DNA from: Nitrospirota bacterium
Lineage (GTDB): Bacteria > Nitrospirota > Thermodesulfovibrionia > Thermodesulfovibrionales > Dissulfurispiraceae
Reading direction: 5' to 3'
Length of the DNA: 64,000 nt
Assembly: GCA_963710375.1 (NCBI GenBank)
Contig: CAVPZX010000003.1
Span: 1-64,000 of the forward strand
A program made the translations under genes and the position numbers. The stretch's first letter is position 1, and every line of letters starts with the position of its first letter. Under the pieces are notes generated by a model. It did not search any database, was not told the origin of the DNA, and worked only from the letters and a program-made list of their open reading frames with translations. Positions 60,159-64,000 of this stretch are shown here, in pieces.

Positions 60159-60620
60159 ATGCACGATATCAAACGTATCCTTGTCGTAAGCAGAATGACA
60201 AAACACTGCCGTAAAGCGGTCCATTACGGAATTTCTCTGGCCCGGAGTTACGGGGCTGAACTTTATGTCATTCATGTTGTCTATGATCCTTTGACTTTTG
60301 GGGCATGGAACCTGCCGAAACCATCCCTGGAAGAAGATTACAAAAAAGAGATTAAGCAGTCGAAAGATGACCTCGACGCTATCATACATATTGAGAAGGG
60401 TAAGGGTCTGCATGTAAAAGAAATAATTAAAGAGGGAAATCCTACAGAGGAGATTTTTGCCGCAATCAAAGAAAACAAAATAGATCTCGTGATAATGCTT
60501 GCCCATGAAGAATGGCGGCTGGAACATTTTCTTTTTGGACGGAGCAACGAAGAAATTATTCGGAAGATGCCGTGTTCAGTTCTGCTGCTAAAAGAGGAAC
60601 CCCAGCCCACTGCATTCTGA
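60159..60620 (+). CDS. Universal stress protein
   Basis: IKRILV, AELYVIHV, EGNP, IDLVIM, MPCSVLL. Confidence 0.93.
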   Translation: MHDIKRILVVSRMTKHCRKAVHYGISLARSYGAELYVIHVVYDPLTFGAWNLPKPSLEEDYKKEIKQSKDDLDAIIHIEKGKGLHVKEIIKEGNPTEEIFAAIKENKIDLVIMLAHEEWRLEHFLFGRSNEEIIRKMPCSVLLLKEEPQPTAF

Positions 60621-60790
60621 GAGGCAAGAGGTGAACTTTTTAATATGATATTAACGGTGGACTGGCAACGTCCAGTCCACGTTTCATTTTTTATGACGGG
60701 TACTTCATTTTTTAAGATAGCGTCTTTCACACGTCTTGTCTAAACTCATATTATCTCAATAATTCAATAGCTTCATTTCAGTATTCCACC

Positions 60791-60806
60791 TGGCACTGAA
60801 AATGCT
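60791..60806 (+). promoter_or_regulatory. Putative sigma54 (-24/-12) promoter of the kdp operon
   Basis: TGGCACTGAAAATGCT = GG-N10-GC. Confidence 0.55.
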
Positions 60807-60938
60807 CATGAAATTCGCGTATGAGTATTAAGAAGGCGAGGTTGTGATTCGTAAAAAACCGGTCTACAATTTGAGGAGATTTATGGATATGAACAATATT
60901 TCAAGACATATAATTTTTTTAAATAAGGAGGACACAAT

Positions 60939-61034
60939 ATGAACCTTGCAGTTTGGCTTCCGGGGATGTTCCTGCTGGGCATAGCGGGGATGGGGTTGTG
61001 TTTACTGTTTTTGAAAGCTTGCGAGAAAATATAA
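60939..61034 (+). CDS. 31-aa hydrophobic small protein upstream of kdpF
   Basis: AAGGAGG SD; MNLAVWLPGMFLLGIAGMGLCLLFLKACEKI. Confidence 0.75.
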   Translation: MNLAVWLPGMFLLGIAGMGLCLLFLKACEKI

Positions 61035-61051
61035 AAGTTGAGGTGGCGCAA

Positions 61052-61132
61052 ATGATTTATTTGACGGCAGTTATAGCAGTCTTTTTATTCATTTACCTGG
61101 TTGTGGCCCTTGTGCGGCCGGAATGGTTCTGA
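61052..61132 (+). CDS. kdpF: K+-transporting ATPase subunit F
   Basis: MIYLTAVIAVFLFIYLVVALVRPEWF (YL..AL.RPE.F signature); GAGG SD. Confidence 0.92.
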   Translation: MIYLTAVIAVFLFIYLVVALVRPEWF

Positions 61133-61167
61133 AAATACCGGCAATACACTTAAAAAACCTATATTAA

Positions 61168-61291
61168 GACGGTTTCGTAAAAAGTTCATAGGCAAGGCGC
61201 GCAAATGCTGAGGAATGCGGCGTACTCCCTGTACGCCGCAGTGACGAAGGATGCAGCGCAACGCAGCATATGGACTTTTTACGAAACCGTC
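61168..61291 (-). mobile_element. MITE family A copy 4 (reverse orientation)
   Basis: GACGGTTTCGTAAAAAGTTCATA...TATGGACTTTTTACGAAACCGTC, between kdpF and kdpA. Confidence 0.9.
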
Positions 61292-61309
61292 AATTAAAGG
61301 AGTTAAACA

Positions 61310-63139
61310 ATGTTAATGCAAACGTGGTTACTTCCACTTGCGCTTTTGGCAACTGCGACCTTAGTAGCTATCCCTTTAAGTCGCTATGCCGCGTGGATCA
61401 TGGACGGGAAATACCGGCCTTTGCCCGTCTTTGGATGGTTCGAGAATCGCCTGAACAGCGGTCCGCAGAACTGGAAACAGTATGCAGCCTCCCTGCTGAT
61501 TTTTAACACCTTGTTGTTTGTCTTCGGCTACCTTGTTCTGGCGCTGCAGCCCTGGATGCCGCTCAATCCTGATCACAAGACACTCCTGGCCCCTAGCACC
61601 ATCTTTATGCAGGTTGTATCCTTCATGACAAACACGGACCTGCAGCACTATTCCGGGGATCAGCATTTGTCTAATTTCAGCCAGATTTTTTTCGGCATCG
61701 CCAATCTCTTTATATCGGCTGCAATCGGCTTAAGCGCGCTGGTGGCGATTATCAGGGCTTTGCGCAGCGATTCATCGCTAGGCAATTTTTTTGTGGATAT
61801 GTGGCGTGTAATGGTTTACATGTTCGTGCCGGCAGCCTTTGTCTTCGCGCTCTTCTTTCTATCCCAGGGCAGCCCGATGACCCTGAAAAGCTCCTACCAG
61901 GTTTCGACGCTCGAACCAGCAGCTATGGGGACCACTGACAAAGGCGAAGTCAAGCAGCAGAACATTGTTGTCGGTCCGGTGGCTGGTTTTGAGTCAATGA
62001 AAATGCTCGGCACCAACGGCGGCGGATTCTACGGTATGAATTCCGCGCACCCATTTGAGAATCCGACTGCGGCATCGAACTTTTTTAACACTCTTGCCAT
62101 GATGATCTTCCCATTCGCTCTTGTGCTGATGTACGGCCGCATGCTCGGTCGCATACGACATAGCATTGTCATATTTTCTGTAATGATGATTTTAATGGCA
62201 GGCACTATCGCCTGGTCTATTTATTACGACACGCTGAAACCTAATCCAGGCTTGACGGCGCATCCTGTGGCGCGAACTTATGAAGTTCCGAGCGCCAGAG
62301 CGCCAGGCGGGAAACAGGTGGTGACACTGCCTGCTGTTCCTGGCCTGCCGGTAGACCAGCACCTCGGCAATCTTGAGGGCAAAGAGATGCGCTTCGGCAC
62401 CTCGGCAGGCGCTACTTACGCTGCAGTGACGACAGACGTGACCTGCGGGGCGGTGAATGCAGAAGCAGACAGTCTAAATCCGCTTGCCGCGTTGGCACCG
62501 ATGGTGGGGATGTGGCTGAATTGCATTTTCGGAGGTAAAGGCGTAGGCATGATCAACATGCTGCTTTACATAATCATCGGAATCTTTGTGGCCGGCATGA
62601 TGGTCGGAAGGACACCTGAGTATCTGGGCAAGAAAATCGGGGCGCGGGAAGTAAAACTCGCGATGATTGCCCTGCTGATCCACCCTTTCATGATACTGTT
62701 CCCCACCGGCCTCTTCGCTGCAACGAGTTGGGGACTCAAAGCTGTCAGCAATCCCGGCGCGCATGGCCTTTCACAAATGCTTTACCAGTTCTCCTCTGCT
62801 TCCGCCAACAACGGCTCAGCCTTTGACGGACTGGGGGTCACTTACGGTTTTTGGAATAATCCGAATCCGGCTCCGACCGCCGTAGCATGGGATATCGCGA
62901 CGGGTCTGGTAATGATGTTTAGCCGGTTTATTCCAATTATCGCGCCGATTGCGATGGCCTCATATCTCGGGGAAAAGAAATCGAGCCCTTTTGGCCTGGG
63001 TACCCTGCGGGACGACACTCCCACATTCAGCATCCTACTGCTGGGAACGATCCTTATTATCGGGGCACTGCTCTTTCTGCCTGTTGCCGCGCTTGGACCG
63101 ATAGCAGACCACTTTGGTCCCATGCCGTTCGGAGGCTAA
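61310..63139 (+). CDS. kdpA: K+-transporting ATPase subunit A
   Basis: SFMTNTDLQHYSG, LGTNGGG, NSAHPFENP, GKEMRFG, GRTPEYLGKKI, ANNGSAF. Confidence 0.97.
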   Translation: MLMQTWLLPLALLATATLVAIPLSRYAAWIMDGKYRPLPVFGWFENRLNSGPQNWKQYAASLLIFNTLLFVFGYLVLALQPWMPLNPDHKTLLAPSTIFMQVVSFMTNTDLQHYSGDQHLSNFSQIFFGIANLFISAAIGLSALVAIIRALRSDSSLGNFFVDMWRVMVYMFVPAAFVFALFFLSQGSPMTLKSSYQVSTLEPAAMGTTDKGEVKQQNIVVGPVAGFESMKMLGTNGGGFYGMNSAHPFENPTAASNFFNTLAMMIFPFALVLMYGRMLGRIRHSIVIFSVMMILMAGTIAWSIYYDTLKPNPGLTAHPVARTYEVPSARAPGGKQVVTLPAVPGLPVDQHLGNLEGKEMRFGTSAGATYAAVTTDVTCGAVNAEADSLNPLAALAPMVGMWLNCIFGGKGVGMINMLLYIIIGIFVAGMMVGRTPEYLGKKIGAREVKLAMIALLIHPFMILFPTGLFAATSWGLKAVSNPGAHGLSQMLYQFSSASANNGSAFDGLGVTYGFWNNPNPAPTAVAWDIATGLVMMFSRFIPIIAPIAMASYLGEKKSSPFGLGTLRDDTPTFSILLLGTILIIGALLFLPVAALGPIADHFGPMPFGG

Positions 63140-63180
63140 AATGAATTTAGAGATTAATAAGGAATTTAAAGGAGTGTTAC

Positions 63181-64000
63181 ATGAATAAAACAGATGTGAA
63201 TAAATCCGTTCCGGAGGCTGGTTTGACCCTGGGTCAGCAGAAGCTCCAGCGCCGTAAAAAAGTCCAACGGCTACTGGAGAAAGAGACAGCATTGGCAGCA
63301 CTGAAGCAGGCAATCTTAATGCTGAGGCCGGACAGGCAGTGGAACAATCCGGTTATGTTCGTAGTCGAGGTGGGAGCTTTTTTGACACTGCTTTATATAG
63401 TGGAAGCAGCGATGGGAAAAGGGGTCAGCCAATCACCCATAAGCTATTTCATATGGCTTGACGCATGGCTTTTCATAACCGTGCTGTTTGCAAACTTTGC
63501 GACAGCCCTTGCCGAGGCCCGCGGCAAGGCGCAGGCTGATTCACTCAGGAGGGCACGTTTCGACACGATTGCTTATCGATTTAATACTGTGGGAAACACG
63601 GAGCAGGTGTCTTCTACGGCTTTGAAACCGGGCGATCTGGTCCTTGTGGAAGCCGGGAAAATGATCCCGAACGACGGAGAAATCATCGAGGGAATCGCCT
63701 CCATCGACGAATCAGCTATTACAGGGGAATCGGCCCCCGTGATCCGCGAAGCCGGCGGCGATAGGTCAGGCGTCACAGGCGGCACCTTTGTGCTTTCCGA
63801 CAGGATCGTTGTCCGCATCACCAGCGGCACAGGAGATTCCTTCCTCGACCGTATGATAGCCCTTGTTGAGGGCGCTATCCGTCAGAGGACTCCAAACGAG
63901 ATTGCTCTTACGCTCGTACTTTCGGCTCTTACGCTGGTCTTTCTGATAGTGGTAATGCCGCTTTGGGCAATGGCATGGAATGCCGAGCAATACATGATGG
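63181..64000 (+). CDS. kdpB: K+-transporting ATPase subunit B, truncated by window edge
   Basis: [55 protein letters not shown]. Confidence 0.96.
   Translation, partial: MNKTDVNKSVPEAGLTLGQQKLQRRKKVQRLLEKETALAALKQAILMLRPDRQWNNPVMFVVEVGAFLTLLYIVEAAMGKGVSQSPISYFIWLDAWLFITVLFANFATALAEARGKAQADSLRRARFDTIAYRFNTVGNTEQVSSTALKPGDLVLVEAGKMIPNDGEIIEGIASIDESAITGESAPVIREAGGDRSGVTGGTFVLSDRIVVRITSGTGDSFLDRMIALVEGAIRQRTPNEIALTLVLSALTLVFLIVVMPLWAMAWNAEQYMM

Noticed and set aside
1..64000. tRNA, rRNA, prophage or CRISPR-Cas loci
   Set aside because: None recognised by eye; tRNAscan-SE and Infernal would be needed to exclude small RNAs

Overview
Bacterial chromosomal window with a mostly housekeeping backbone. 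Gene content and order suggest Nitrospirota (Thermodesulfovibrionia-like) or a related deltaproteobacteria-like anaerobe; this is inference only. Backbone: nadK-udg-HIT; gmhA-ruvCAB-queH-DUF2905-SpoIID-queA-SPOR; phoH-7TM/HD-ybeY-dgkA; aroF; mtgA-typA-pilD-recG-nusA-rimP; secG-tpiA; lysS-lolCE-lolD; thrS-infC-rpmI-rplT-pheST; copZ, mscS, usp; kdpFAB (runs off the end). Accessory content: an IS481-like transposase at the left edge; a complete 2,964-bp three-gene transposon (Zn-ribbon protein, DDE transposase, ExeA-like ATPase; TGT...ACA ends, 5-bp TSD GACGC) that splits a hybrid sensor kinase; two toxin-antitoxin pairs; a PaeR7I/XhoI-like R-M pair with integron-cassette-like boundaries; and an orphan flagellin with no Arg or His and only 2 Lys. 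The most striking non-coding signal is the density of small repeats. There are four MITE-like families, one in 4 copies, with a 36-bp REP-like module nested in two different families. There are also at least 8 tracts of tandem heptamer/octamer repeats, often as inverted arms starting at stop codons; two share a conserved core and two are translated as part of host proteins. Three genes (nusA, an ABC ATPase, thrS) carry single-base insertions that are probably sequence errors. No tRNA, rRNA or CRISPR array was seen.
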